Of a DNA stretch of 64,000 nucleotides, positions 36,108 to 44,357 are shown in pieces. The position numbers and the translations under genes are program-made. The notes beneath the pieces are model-generated. The model was not told the origin of the DNA, ran no database searches, and saw nothing but the letters and a program-made list of their open reading frames with translations. Every line of letters begins with the position of its first letter. The stretch's first letter is position 1. The stretch is from Patescibacteria group bacterium (lineage in GTDB: Bacteria > Patescibacteriota > Patescibacteriia > JACRDY01): NCBI GenBank assembly GCA_041653535.1, contig JBAZFH010000003.1, positions 2,771-66,770 of the forward strand, in the 5' to 3' direction.

Positions 36108-36120
36108 TTATTATAACGCT

Positions 36121-36177
36121 TGACAGGTTTTTATCATCTGCTAGTATATAAATACCTACCAATTAAGTAGGTATTTA
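36121..36177 (+). promoter_or_regulatory. promoter (-35 TTGACA) plus 10-bp perfect inverted repeat (AAATACCTAC-n7-GTAGGTATTT), candidate Rrf2/IscR autoregulatory operator
   Basis: ttgaca at 36121-36126; the palindrome at 36151-36177 lies between the promoter and the rrf2 ATG (36193). Confidence 0.5.
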
Positions 36178-36192
36178 TCTTTTGTCAAAAAT

Positions 36193-36585
36193 ATGAAATT
36201 TTCTTTGGCTAGTAGCTATGGCTTACGGACGATGATTCGTTTGGCAAGAAATTACGGTAAGGGGAGTATTTCCTTGTCTTTTATCGCTAGAGAAGAAAAA
36301 ATTTCTCTTGGTTATCTGGAGCGTTTAGCAGTTAGGCTGAAAAGCAGAGGACTGATTTCAAGCGTCAAAGGTGTTAATGGCGGTTATGCCTTGAGCATGG
36401 ATCCGCGACGAATTTCTGTAAAAAAAATTTTGGAAGCGATAGAGGGGAGTCTTTCACCTTTTTATTGCGCTAGTGAAAATAACGTCTGTAAAACTAGTGA
36501 CTGCTCGGCAAGAATAGTTTGGCAGAGACTAAATAGGGAAATCGATAAGACTTTAAATAAAATAAAGCTGCAAGACTTAATATAG
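36193..36585 (+). CDS. iscR: Rrf2-family transcriptional regulator (IscR-like, Fe-S cluster-binding)
   Basis: A winged helix-turn-helix (ISLGYLERLAVRLKSRGLISSVKGVNGGYALS) and three C-terminal Cys (CASENNVC...C); it is first in the isc-like operon. Confidence 0.8.
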   Translation: MKFSLASSYGLRTMIRLARNYGKGSISLSFIAREEKISLGYLERLAVRLKSRGLISSVKGVNGGYALSMDPRRISVKKILEAIEGSLSPFYCASENNVCKTSDCSARIVWQRLNREIDKTLNKIKLQDLI

Positions 36586-36626
36586 GGTCTGATCCAAAAT
36601 TATGGGTCTAACCACTAACCACTAAT

Positions 36627-37010
36627 ATGTTATATAATAAAACAATCATTGATCACTTTACTCATCCGCGCAATCAAGGAAAAATAAAAAATGCTGACGG
36701 TGTCGGCGAGGCAGGAAATCCTATTTGCGGCGATATCATGAAAATTTATCTCAAGGTAAAAAAACAAGGAAGTAAAGAAATTATTTCCAATATTAAATTT
36801 CAAACACTTGGTTGTGCAACGGCGATTGCCAATTCTTCGGTTTTAACCGAGATAGTAAAGGGGAGAGACGTAAAAGACGCCTTAAAAGTTACTAACAAAG
36901 ATTTGATAAAAAAACTTGGTGGCGACGTGCCAAGGGCTAAAATTCATTGTTCTTTTTTAGCTAAAGAAGCCCTGGAGGCAGCGGTTAAGGATTATCAAAG
37001 TAAAAAATAA
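36627..37010 (+). CDS. iscU: Fe-S cluster assembly scaffold IscU/NifU-like
   Basis: HPRNQG...GNPICGD...GCATAIANSS...CSFLA matches the three conserved Cys scaffold motifs. Confidence 0.9.
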   Translation: MLYNKTIIDHFTHPRNQGKIKNADGVGEAGNPICGDIMKIYLKVKKQGSKEIISNIKFQTLGCATAIANSSVLTEIVKGRDVKDALKVTNKDLIKKLGGDVPRAKIHCSFLAKEALEAAVKDYQSKK

Positions 37011-37014
37011 TTAT

Positions 37015-37305
37015 ATGATTAAAAACAAGGTTGCGAAAAAGGTTAGAACTAAAACCGGGTCAAAATTGCCGACAAGTGATTTTAAAAAATACGTTCAAGC
37101 TGCCTTAGCTGTTGCGCGACCTAGTTTACAAGCCCATGGCGGTAATATTAAGCTAGTTTCTGTAGATGAAAAAAAAGGTTTGGTTAAGGTGAAGTTGCAA
37201 GGGATGTGCGTTGGTTGTTCTATGGCGCAAGTAACACTTCAGCAAGGTATTGAAAATTTTTTGAAAGAAAAAGTAAAAGGGGTAAAAAAAGTAGAAGGGG
37301 TTTAA
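37015..37305 (+). CDS. NifU C-terminal-domain (Nfu-type) Fe-S cluster carrier
   Basis: HGGNIKLVSVDEKKGLVKVKLQGMCVGCSMA carries the CxxC Nfu motif. Confidence 0.8.
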   Translation: MIKNKVAKKVRTKTGSKLPTSDFKKYVQAALAVARPSLQAHGGNIKLVSVDEKKGLVKVKLQGMCVGCSMAQVTLQQGIENFLKEKVKGVKKVEGV

Positions 37306-37333
37306 ATTATTTTAAGGTTTGTAGCTATTATTT

Positions 37334-38521
37334 ATGGTGCAAAAAAATAAAATATATTTTGATCATGCAGCAACTACACCAATCGATCCCGAGGTATTAA
37401 GGGCGATGTTGCCGTATATGAAGGAAAATTTTGGTAATGCTTCGTCGCTTCATACTTTTGGTCAAGATGCGGTGAATGGTGTTGATCGTTCGCGTGATGC
37501 GTTAGCGCTGTTTTTTGGTTCTTCCGCGCAAGAAGTGATTTTTACTTCTGGCGCAAGCGAAGCTGATAATCTTGCTATTATTGGCATTATTAAAGCAAGT
37601 AAATTAGAAAAACCCCATATTATCACTTCCAATATTGAGCATCCGGCTGTTTTGGAAGTGTGTAAAAATCTGGAAAAAGAGGGTAAGGCTGAAATTTCTT
37701 ATGCTAAGGTAGATAAAAAAGGATTGGTTTCGGTCGAAGCGATAAAAAAATTGTTCAAAGATAATACCGTTTTAGTAACGGTTATGTATGTTAATAATGA
37801 AATTGGTACAATCCAGCCAATTCGCGATATCGGAAAGATGATAGAAAAGGAAAATGAAAAAAGAAAAAATAACAAGATTTATTTTCATACTGACGCCGTG
37901 CAAGGAGCGAATTATTTAACATGCAATGCGGATTATTTGCATGTTGACATGATTTCTTTGTCTGGGCATAAAATTTATGGTCCGAAGGGAATAGGCGCTT
38001 TGTATGTTCGCCGTGGTACGCCAATAAAAGCTTTTCAGTATGGCGGTCATCAAGAGTACGGTTTGCGACCAGGCACACTCAATGTTCCGGCCATTGTTGG
38101 TTTTGGCAAGGCAGTAGAACTTCTTGGCGATAAAAAGCATAAAAAAGATAACGAAAAAATAAAAAAACTACGTGATACCCTTTGGCATAAAATAGAGGAA
38201 AAAAAACTTAATGCCGTGCTAAATGGAGACGAAGAACAACGCGTACCCAGCAATTTGAATGTTAGTTTTAAAAACATTGAAGGCGAAAGCGCTCTTTTAA
38301 TGCTTGACATGGAAGGTTTTGCGGTGTCAACTGGATCGGCTTGTGCTTCGGGGTCATTGTTAGCCTCCCACGTTTTGTTGGCCTTGGATCTTTCTCACTT
38401 GGATGCACATGGTAGTCTGCGTATTACCCTAGGTAAATATAATACAGAAAAAGATATTGATGATTTTGTCAAAGTTATTCCAAAAATAGTAAGTAAACTG
38501 CGGAAGATAGCTTCTCAATAA
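37334..38521 (+). CDS. iscS: cysteine desulfurase (IscS/NifS class)
   Basis: The PLP-lysine region SLSGHKIYGPKGIGALYVRRG and the catalytic Cys loop STGSACASG are present. Confidence 0.9.
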   Translation: MVQKNKIYFDHAATTPIDPEVLRAMLPYMKENFGNASSLHTFGQDAVNGVDRSRDALALFFGSSAQEVIFTSGASEADNLAIIGIIKASKLEKPHIITSNIEHPAVLEVCKNLEKEGKAEISYAKVDKKGLVSVEAIKKLFKDNTVLVTVMYVNNEIGTIQPIRDIGKMIEKENEKRKNNKIYFHTDAVQGANYLTCNADYLHVDMISLSGHKIYGPKGIGALYVRRGTPIKAFQYGGHQEYGLRPGTLNVPAIVGFGKAVELLGDKKHKKDNEKIKKLRDTLWHKIEEKKLNAVLNGDEEQRVPSNLNVSFKNIEGESALLMLDMEGFAVSTGSACASGSLLASHVLLALDLSHLDAHGSLRITLGKYNTEKDIDDFVKVIPKIVSKLRKIASQ

Positions 38522-38579
38522 ATTTGGTAAAAACCGTTAATTATGTTAAAATGTCTTTGTAAGGTATAAATGGGTATTT

Positions 38580-38969
38580 ATGATTTCCCAGCTATTTATT
38601 TTTTGGTCAAATCTCAAGACCCAACTAAGAGTTATTTATTTACAGGATAAGATAGCAATTTTCCTGTTTTTATTTTCTTTGATTTTAAATCTCGCGCTTT
38701 ATATTATTTTTATTGTATTTGTCGATTCCGGGACGGATCAGATTATTCTACACTATAATATTTATTTTGGCATCGACTTACTCGGAAGTTGGTACAATCT
38801 TTATATTATGCCGGCGGTAGGAAGCTTTTTGCTGCTAACCAATTTTTGCCTCTTATTTTTTGTTTATAAGCGCGAACAGATACTTGGATATTTCTTGGGC
38901 GCGGTATCAATTTTGGTCGAGCTGCTGCTTTTAATCGGTGGCAGTCTTTTATTATGGCTTAATTTTTAA
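38580..38969 (+). CDS. hypothetical multi-TM membrane protein
   Basis: 129-aa ORF with 3-4 hydrophobic helices, upstream of mraY. Confidence 0.4.
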   Translation: MISQLFIFWSNLKTQLRVIYLQDKIAIFLFLFSLILNLALYIIFIVFVDSGTDQIILHYNIYFGIDLLGSWYNLYIMPAVGSFLLLTNFCLLFFVYKREQILGYFLGAVSILVELLLLIGGSLLLWLNF

Positions 38970-38977
38970 ACTATTTT

Positions 38978-40051
38978 ATGCAATATTTACCGGTGATAAA
39001 AATTGTTGTTCTGACCACTGCCGCTTTTGTTTTTTCTATGCTATGGACGCCGTTACTAACTCATTTTTTGTATAAATATAAATGTTGGAAAAAAACCGTT
39101 CGGACTGTCGCGCCGGACGGTAGCGCTACGCCTATTTTTAGTCAGTTGCATAAAGACAAAGAAACTAATGTTCCGCGAATGGGTGGATTACTCGTTTGGG
39201 TAACAACTTTAATTTTTTCTTTTGTTTTCATGATTTTTTGTCCGATCTTTTCTACTTGTTCCTGGTTTACTAATTTAAATTTTTTAAATAGGGCGGAAAC
39301 ATGGTTGCCGCTTTTTACTTTAATTAGCGCTTCTTTGATCGGACTGCTGGACGACATTTTGGTGGTTAAGGGTTTCGGTGAAAAAGGAAAAGGTGGCGGT
39401 ATTCGGTTTCGCCATCGGCTGTTACTGGTAGCTATTATTGGATTCGTAGGCGCCTGGTGGTTTTATTACAAACTGGGTTGGGACGTTTTACATATTCCTT
39501 TTGACGGGTCGCTGGTACTGGGTTGGACGTTTATTCCATTTTTTGTGGCGGTGATGCTGGCAATGTTTAGTACCAGTGTTACTGACGGTCTCGATGGTTT
39601 GGCTGGGGGATTGTTTGCTACGATGTTTGTGGCCTTTGGCGCGATCGCCTTTGCTTCTGGTAAATTTAACCTGGCAGCGTTTTGCGGGGTAATTGCCGGG
39701 ACGTTATTGGCTTTTCTTTGGTTTAATATTCCGCCGGCGCGGTTTTATCTAGGCGAAACCGGCATTTTAGGTCTTACGACCACTTTAGCTGTCGTTGCCT
39801 TTTTGACTAATTCAGTCTTACTTCTTCCTGTTATTGCGTTCGTTCCCTTACTTGAGTCGGTTTCTGTTATTATTCAATTATTCTCAAAAAGATTGCGCGG
39901 TGGGAAAAAAGTTTTTTTCTCTACGCCGATTCATCATCATTTTCAAGCGATTGGTTGGCCGGAATATAAGGTAGTGATGCGTTTTTGGCTGATCGGAGGG
40001 GTGACGGCGGTAGTAGGAGTAGTATTGTTTTTGATAGATAAGACGTTTTAA
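38978..40051 (+). CDS. mraY: phospho-N-acetylmuramoyl-pentapeptide transferase
   Basis: Polytopic; PRMGGLLVW... and DDxxD-like (GLLDDILVVKG) motifs are present, within mraY-murD-ftsW-murG synteny. Confidence 0.85.
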   Translation: MQYLPVIKIVVLTTAAFVFSMLWTPLLTHFLYKYKCWKKTVRTVAPDGSATPIFSQLHKDKETNVPRMGGLLVWVTTLIFSFVFMIFCPIFSTCSWFTNLNFLNRAETWLPLFTLISASLIGLLDDILVVKGFGEKGKGGGIRFRHRLLLVAIIGFVGAWWFYYKLGWDVLHIPFDGSLVLGWTFIPFFVAVMLAMFSTSVTDGLDGLAGGLFATMFVAFGAIAFASGKFNLAAFCGVIAGTLLAFLWFNIPPARFYLGETGILGLTTTLAVVAFLTNSVLLLPVIAFVPLLESVSVIIQLFSKRLRGGKKVFFSTPIHHHFQAIGWPEYKVVMRFWLIGGVTAVVGVVLFLIDKTF

Positions 40052-40115
40052 AAATAAAAGAAATTATAAATTGGAAATTAAATGTTCTGGATAATTTTCA
40101 TTTTTCAATTTTTTT

Positions 40116-41495
40116 ATGAATCTAAAAAATAAAAAAGTATTAGTCATGGGACTCGGGTTGCACGGCGGAGGAGTGGGGGTTGCTAGATGGTTGGTTAAAT
40201 CCGGAGCTAAAGTTACTATTACCGACCTTAAAAACAAGGAACAGCTTAAATCTTCGATCGCTAAGCTTAAAGGATTACCCGTCAAATATGTTCTAGGTCG
40301 GCATAACAAAAATGATTTTATCAAAACAGATTTGATTGTCAAAAATCCTGGAGTTCCTGACGATTCAGAATTTCTTAAAATAGCTGCCAGAAATAAAGTG
40401 CCGGTTGATACCGACATTGCTTTGTTTGTCAAAAATTGCCCAGCGCCAATCATTGGTATTACCGGCACTAAGGGTAAAACCACTACCACCACCTTGGTTG
40501 GTGAAATTTTTAAAGCAGCAGGTCGTGCGCCAGTGGTGGCAGGAAATATCCGTGTTTCGCCGCTTGATTTTTTATCCAAGATAAAAAAAGACGGTTCGGT
40601 GATTCTAGAGCTGTCATCTTGGCAGCTAGAGGGTTTGGATGCTTGTGGTTTTAGTCCCCATGTTAGTTTGATAACTAATATCACTCCTGACCATCTGAAT
40701 CGTTACCAGTCTTTTGATCATTATGTCGCTGCAAAAGCTATAATTTTTCGTTATCAAAAATCAGATGACGTTTGTATTTTAAATCGAGATAACGCGCCGA
40801 CTAAAAAATTTGGCGCTATCGTGCCAGGCAAAAGGTTGTGGTTTTCCCTTAAATATTTTAAGGAAGAAAATGGTAGTTATCAAAAAAACGGTTGGATTTG
40901 GTTTCGTCATAATGGTAGGGAACAAAGAATTTTACCAATTAAAGAAATTGTTTTACCGGGAAACCACAATTTTTCCAATGTTTTAGCGGCGGTAGCATTG
41001 GCATCGATTTGCGGTATTAAACCTGGTGTTATCCGTTTGGTGGTTAAAAAATTTAAAGGCATTCCCTATCGATTGGAATTAATACGTGAATTACGTGGAG
41101 TGAAATATTACAACGATACGGCGGCGACGGCGCCAGATGGAGCAATTAACGCCTTACGCACTTTAGGCAAAGGAAAAAATATTGTTTTGATTGCCGGTGG
41201 TGCCGATAAAAAACTTTTTTTTAAAGATTTTGCTGCGGCGATAAAAAAGCACGTTAAAGCCACGATTTTGTTTAAAGGGAGCGCCACGCCAAAAATAAAA
41301 AGAGAATTACTAAAGGTTAATTATTGGGCAGTGACGGAAGTGGATAGTATGGTGGCGGCGCTTACCGCGGCAAACAAATTAGCTAAAAAGGGGGATATAG
41401 TTTTGCTTTCCCCCGGCTGTGCCAGTTTTGGTTTATTTATTAATGAATTTGACCGTGGCGATCAATTTACGGCGCAGGTAAAAAAAATAAAATGA
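40116..41495 (+). CDS. murD: UDP-N-acetylmuramoylalanine--D-glutamate ligase
   Basis: VLVMGLGLHGGGVGVARWL (Rossmann) and GITGTKGKTTTT (Mur ligase P-loop). Confidence 0.9.
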   Translation: MNLKNKKVLVMGLGLHGGGVGVARWLVKSGAKVTITDLKNKEQLKSSIAKLKGLPVKYVLGRHNKNDFIKTDLIVKNPGVPDDSEFLKIAARNKVPVDTDIALFVKNCPAPIIGITGTKGKTTTTTLVGEIFKAAGRAPVVAGNIRVSPLDFLSKIKKDGSVILELSSWQLEGLDACGFSPHVSLITNITPDHLNRYQSFDHYVAAKAIIFRYQKSDDVCILNRDNAPTKKFGAIVPGKRLWFSLKYFKEENGSYQKNGWIWFRHNGREQRILPIKEIVLPGNHNFSNVLAAVALASICGIKPGVIRLVVKKFKGIPYRLELIRELRGVKYYNDTAATAPDGAINALRTLGKGKNIVLIAGGADKKLFFKDFAAAIKKHVKATILFKGSATPKIKRELLKVNYWAVTEVDSMVAALTAANKLAKKGDIVLLSPGCASFGLFINEFDRGDQFTAQVKKIK

Positions 41496-42598
41496 AATCT
41501 CTCGGACGCCAGCCAGACTATTTTCTTATCGGTGTTATTGCCATTTTGCTTTTATTTGGTTTAACTATCCTATCTTCAGCCGGCGCGCCTATTTCTTATC
41601 AGAAATTTGGCGATCCGTATTATCTGGTGAAACATCAAATATTGGTTGGCTTATTGCCTGGAATTTTTTTCTTTTTTTTCTTTTTACGCCTTGACTATGA
41701 TAAATTAAAAAAAATTGCTTTTCCCTTGCTGGTTGGCTCAATTATTCTTTTATCCGTAGTTTTTATTCCAGGATTACGTTCGGAATACGGTACGGCGCGA
41801 AGCTGGATAAATATATTTGGTTTTTCCCTCCAGCCGGCGGAAATAGTAAAGTTGTCTTTTTTGATTTATTTGGCTGCCTGGCTTGATAGTCGTAGCGAGC
41901 GAAAGGTACAAGACCTGAAAAGCGGATTTATTCCTTTTGTCTTGGTTCTAGGCATTATCTCGATATTGATGCTTTTACAACCAGATGTAGGTACGTTGTC
42001 GATTATTATTTTGTCTGCTTTGGTGGTTTATTTTGTCGGCGGGGGTAGCTGGCGACATATGATAATTATCGCAGTCGCTGGACTGGCTGGTTTATTAGCG
42101 TTAATAAAAATAGCCCCTTATCGTATGGCTCGTTTTACCGCTTTTTTGCATCCAGAAAAAGATCCGCAAGGGCAAGCTTATCATATTTGGCAGTCACTTA
42201 TTGCCATTGGCTCCGGCGGTTTTTGGGGTGTCGGGCTGGGGCACTCGCGACAAAAATTTTCTTATTTACCCGAGGTAACCGGTGATTCTATTTTTGCCGT
42301 GATTAGCGAGGAGTTTGGTTTTATCTTTACAATAATCTTTATCTTTTTACTTTTAGTTTTTGCTTATCGCGGAATACGGTTAGCCAAGTCCGCTCCCGAT
42401 CGTTTTGCCAGATTGTTAACCATTGGTATTATTTCCTGGCTAGTACTACAGTCTTTTGTGAATATTGCCTCCATGCTTTCGTTGATGCCGATGACTGGTG
42501 TCCCACTGCCTTTTGTCAGCTATGGTGGAACGGCGTTGATGACTTCACTTGCAGCAATAGGGATATTGGCAAATATTTCAAAGTTTAGTAAGATGTAA
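41492..42598 (+). CDS. ftsW: SEDS-family peptidoglycan polymerase FtsW
   Basis: A 10-TM FtsW/RodA pattern (...IGSGGFWGVGLGHSRQKFSYLPE...) between murD and murG. Confidence 0.85.
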   Translation: MKSLGRQPDYFLIGVIAILLLFGLTILSSAGAPISYQKFGDPYYLVKHQILVGLLPGIFFFFFFLRLDYDKLKKIAFPLLVGSIILLSVVFIPGLRSEYGTARSWINIFGFSLQPAEIVKLSFLIYLAAWLDSRSERKVQDLKSGFIPFVLVLGIISILMLLQPDVGTLSIIILSALVVYFVGGGSWRHMIIIAVAGLAGLLALIKIAPYRMARFTAFLHPEKDPQGQAYHIWQSLIAIGSGGFWGVGLGHSRQKFSYLPEVTGDSIFAVISEEFGFIFTIIFIFLLLVFAYRGIRLAKSAPDRFARLLTIGIISWLVLQSFVNIASMLSLMPMTGVPLPFVSYGGTALMTSLAAIGILANISKFSKM

Positions 42599-42602
42599 TC
42601 CT

Positions 42603-43661
42603 ATGAAGATATTACTGACCGGTGGCGGGACTATGGGATCGGTTACGCCGCTGCTAGCAATAGTGGAAAATATGCGTGTTAAATATCCGGAGACGGAGTT
42701 TTTTTGGATTGGGACTGTAGATGGTCCGGAAAAGATGGTAGTGGATTCTTACAATATTTCCTTTGCGGCGATAAACAGCGGTAAGCTACGTCGATATTTT
42801 TCCTGGCAAAATTTTGTTGACCCGTTTAGAATACTTGCCGGTTATTTTCAGAGCCGCAAGATTATCAAGCAGTGGCAGCCAGATATTATTTTGTCAGCCG
42901 GTTCTTTTGTCTCTGTGCCTGTGGTCTATGCTAGCGGAAAAATTCCAGTGTTGATCCATCAGCAGGATATTGTTCCGGGATTAGCTAATAAGTTAATGGC
43001 AAAAAGAGCTGAGAAAATTACTGTAACCTTTTCTGAATCAGCGGTAATATATTCTAAAAATAAAACAGAAGTGGTTGGAAATCCGGTGCGACAAAGTCTG
43101 ATGTCTGGCAGTGTAGAAGCGGCGACAGAAATTTTTAGCCTTGAAGGTGGTTTACCGACTTTGTTGGTAGTCGGTGGCGGTACGGGCTCTTTGGTGTTAA
43201 ACGAAGCGGTGGTTGGCGCTGTACCGCAACTCACTACATTTTGCCAAGTGATTCATATTACTGGTGATGGTCGCGCTGTAGGGGGAGAAGTGGCGACGCC
43301 ACGATATCATCATTATGATTTTTTAGTTGATGAAATGAAAGACGCGTTAGCAGTTGCTGATGTAGTCATTTCTCGAGCAGGACTTGGTTTTTTGACTGAA
43401 CTGGCGGTTTTAGGAAAAGCAACAATATTAGTGCCGATGGCTGATAGTCATCAGGAGACTAATGCCAGTTATTTTGCTAAAAAAAACGCGGCGGTGATAT
43501 TGCCTCAGGGGCAGCTTGGTCCGGAAAGCATCGTCTCTTTTGTAAAATCTTTATTGGATAATCAATCAGATTTAGCCAACCTGCAACGTAATATCCGGTC
43601 ATTAGTAAAACCAGATGCTGCCAGCCGGTTAGTCGAGATAATTTTACAGTTGACAGCTTAG
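42603..43661 (+). CDS. murG: undecaprenyldiphospho-muramoylpentapeptide beta-N-acetylglucosaminyltransferase
   Basis: MKILLTGGGTMGSVTPLLAI at the N-terminus and the C-terminal GGGTGS...ISRAG..T..E pattern. Confidence 0.9.
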   Translation: MKILLTGGGTMGSVTPLLAIVENMRVKYPETEFFWIGTVDGPEKMVVDSYNISFAAINSGKLRRYFSWQNFVDPFRILAGYFQSRKIIKQWQPDIILSAGSFVSVPVVYASGKIPVLIHQQDIVPGLANKLMAKRAEKITVTFSESAVIYSKNKTEVVGNPVRQSLMSGSVEAATEIFSLEGGLPTLLVVGGGTGSLVLNEAVVGAVPQLTTFCQVIHITGDGRAVGGEVATPRYHHYDFLVDEMKDALAVADVVISRAGLGFLTELAVLGKATILVPMADSHQETNASYFAKKNAAVILPQGQLGPESIVSFVKSLLDNQSDLANLQRNIRSLVKPDAASRLVEIILQLTA

Positions 43662-43763
43662 TGGTAAAAATGTAGAATAACGCCGTGTTATTAAGTTGAG
43701 ACGATTAGTTGTTTTTTAGGCGTTATGTGGCTAAAAGCTGTGTAGTTTTTTCTAAAAGTTTTT

Positions 43764-43794
43764 AATTACTAATTATTAATTAATAATTAGTAAT
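43764..43794. promoter_or_regulatory. AT-rich 30-bp perfect palindrome containing the 20-mer TAATTACTAATTATTAATTA shared with the tRNA-Gln upstream region (candidate tRNA promoter/UP element)
   Basis: attactaattattaat|taataattagtaat is a perfect inverted repeat with no spacer; it ends 9 nt before the tRNA-like sequence at 43803. Confidence 0.4.
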
Positions 43795-43802
43795 CGTTGT
43801 TT

Positions 43803-43860
43803 GGGTGCTTAGCTCAGTGGTAGAGCGGGCCGATTTATCGGCCGCGTCGAGAGTCTCCGC
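43803..43860 (+). pseudogene. degenerate tRNA copy (5' 25 nt identical to tRNA-Lys; 6-nt 'anticodon' loop; T-arm destroyed; no 3' acceptor strand)
   Basis: gggtgcttagctcagtggtagagcg is identical to the 5' part of the tRNA at 44153. The compensated stem ggccg/cggcc carries the loop atttat, gcgtcgagag is shared, and what follows does not fold as a T-arm. Confidence 0.6.
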
Positions 43861-43878
43861 CTCGGCTTTCGCCGTAGG
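43844..43878 (+). repeat. copy A of a ~34-nt direct repeat (gcgtYgagaRtYtccgYctMggcttt(c)gccgta) flanking the GIY-YIG/tRNA-Lys unit
   Basis: About 82% identical to copy B, with one indel; it begins with the variable-loop/T-stem sequence of tRNA-Lys. Confidence 0.5.
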
Positions 43879-43900
43879 CGAAATAGGCGATTTTCTAGGT

Positions 43901-44143
43901 ATGTATTTTATTTATATATTGAAAAGTTTGAAAGATTATGGTTATTATGTCGGTAGCACGGCAAATTTGGAAGAAAGACTTAAAAGACATAATCAAGGTC
44001 GTTCAGCGGCTACTAAAAGCAGGAGACCGTGGGAGTTGGTTTATTCTAAAAGGTTTAAAAGTAAAAACGAGGCAATAAAATTAGAGTATTATATCAAGAA
44101 GCAAAAAAGCAGTAAGTTTATAAAAGAGTTTATTAAAAAATAA
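43901..44143 (+). CDS. small GIY-YIG nuclease-domain protein (COG2827/URI-type)
   Basis: MYFIYILKS..DYGYYVGSTANLEERLKRHNQG...RPWELVY...NEAIKLEYYIKK is the canonical GIY-(x10)-YVG...R...H..G...E core. The track ORF's 5' extension (43805) is read across the tRNA-like sequence and is rejected. Confidence 0.7.
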   Translation: MYFIYILKSLKDYGYYVGSTANLEERLKRHNQGRSAATKSRRPWELVYSKRFKSKNEAIKLEYYIKKQKSSKFIKEFIKK

Positions 44144-44152
44144 TATTGTCGT

Positions 44153-44224
44153 GGGTGCTTAGCTCAGTGGTAGAGCGCCAGCCTTTTAAGCTGGGCGTCG
44201 AGAGTTCGATCCTCTCAGCACCCA
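44153..44224 (+). tRNA. tRNA-Lys (anticodon UUU)
   Basis: Cloverleaf: gggtgct/agcaccc acceptor; gctc-agtggta-gagc D-arm; ccagc-CTTTTAA-gctgg anticodon arm; gagag-ttcgatc-ctctc T-arm; discriminator A. CCA is not encoded. Confidence 0.9.
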
Positions 44225-44279
44225 TTTTTTATTTGTTTAAATCTAAGTTAAGGCAGTGGGGCGGATGGATTTTTCGGTA

Positions 44280-44313
44280 GCGTTGAGAATTTCCGTCTAG
44301 GCTTTGCCGTAAC
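44280..44313 (+). repeat. copy B of the ~34-nt direct repeat, 56 nt downstream of tRNA-Lys
   Basis: Alignment with copy A was done by eye; it is preceded by ggtag, as in the tRNA D-loop. Confidence 0.5.
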
Positions 44314-44339
44314 TGGGTAGCCAAAGTACCCGGTTTTTT
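44313..44339 (+). terminator. hairpin + T-run terminator after the tRNA-Lys locus, directly followed by the TATAAT box (44342-44347) of the ATPase gene
   Basis: ctgggtaGCCAAAGtacccgg followed by tttttt, then tataat 10 nt before the ATG at 44358 (leaderless-type arrangement). Confidence 0.5.
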
Positions 44340-44357
44340 GTTATAATACAAATAATT

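Noticed and set aside
36586-36626. Short direct repeats upstream of iscU (gggtctgatcc/gggtctaacc; ccactaa x2) and a recurring ACTAAT next to start codons
   Set aside because: They are too short and too few to separate from chance in AT-rich spacers without a genome-wide count. They are mentioned only as a possible weak start-proximal motif.
43805-43900. N-terminal 32 codons of the 112-aa ORF (MLSSVVERADLSAASRVSASAFAVGEIGDFLG)
   Set aside because: This stretch is the translation of the degenerate tRNA sequence and its G/C-rich hairpin. The GIY-YIG domain begins at the ATG at 43901, which has an AGGT just upstream.
43803-44143. Possibility that 43803-43860 is the 5' exon of an intron-containing tRNA, with the GIY-YIG gene as a group I intron-encoded homing endonuclease
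   Set aside because: No sequence complementary to the acceptor 5' strand (agcaccc) and no T-arm follows the ORF other than the complete, self-contained tRNA-Lys at 44153. The fragment's anticodon loop has 6 nt. I therefore treat it as a degenerate duplicate, not a split gene.
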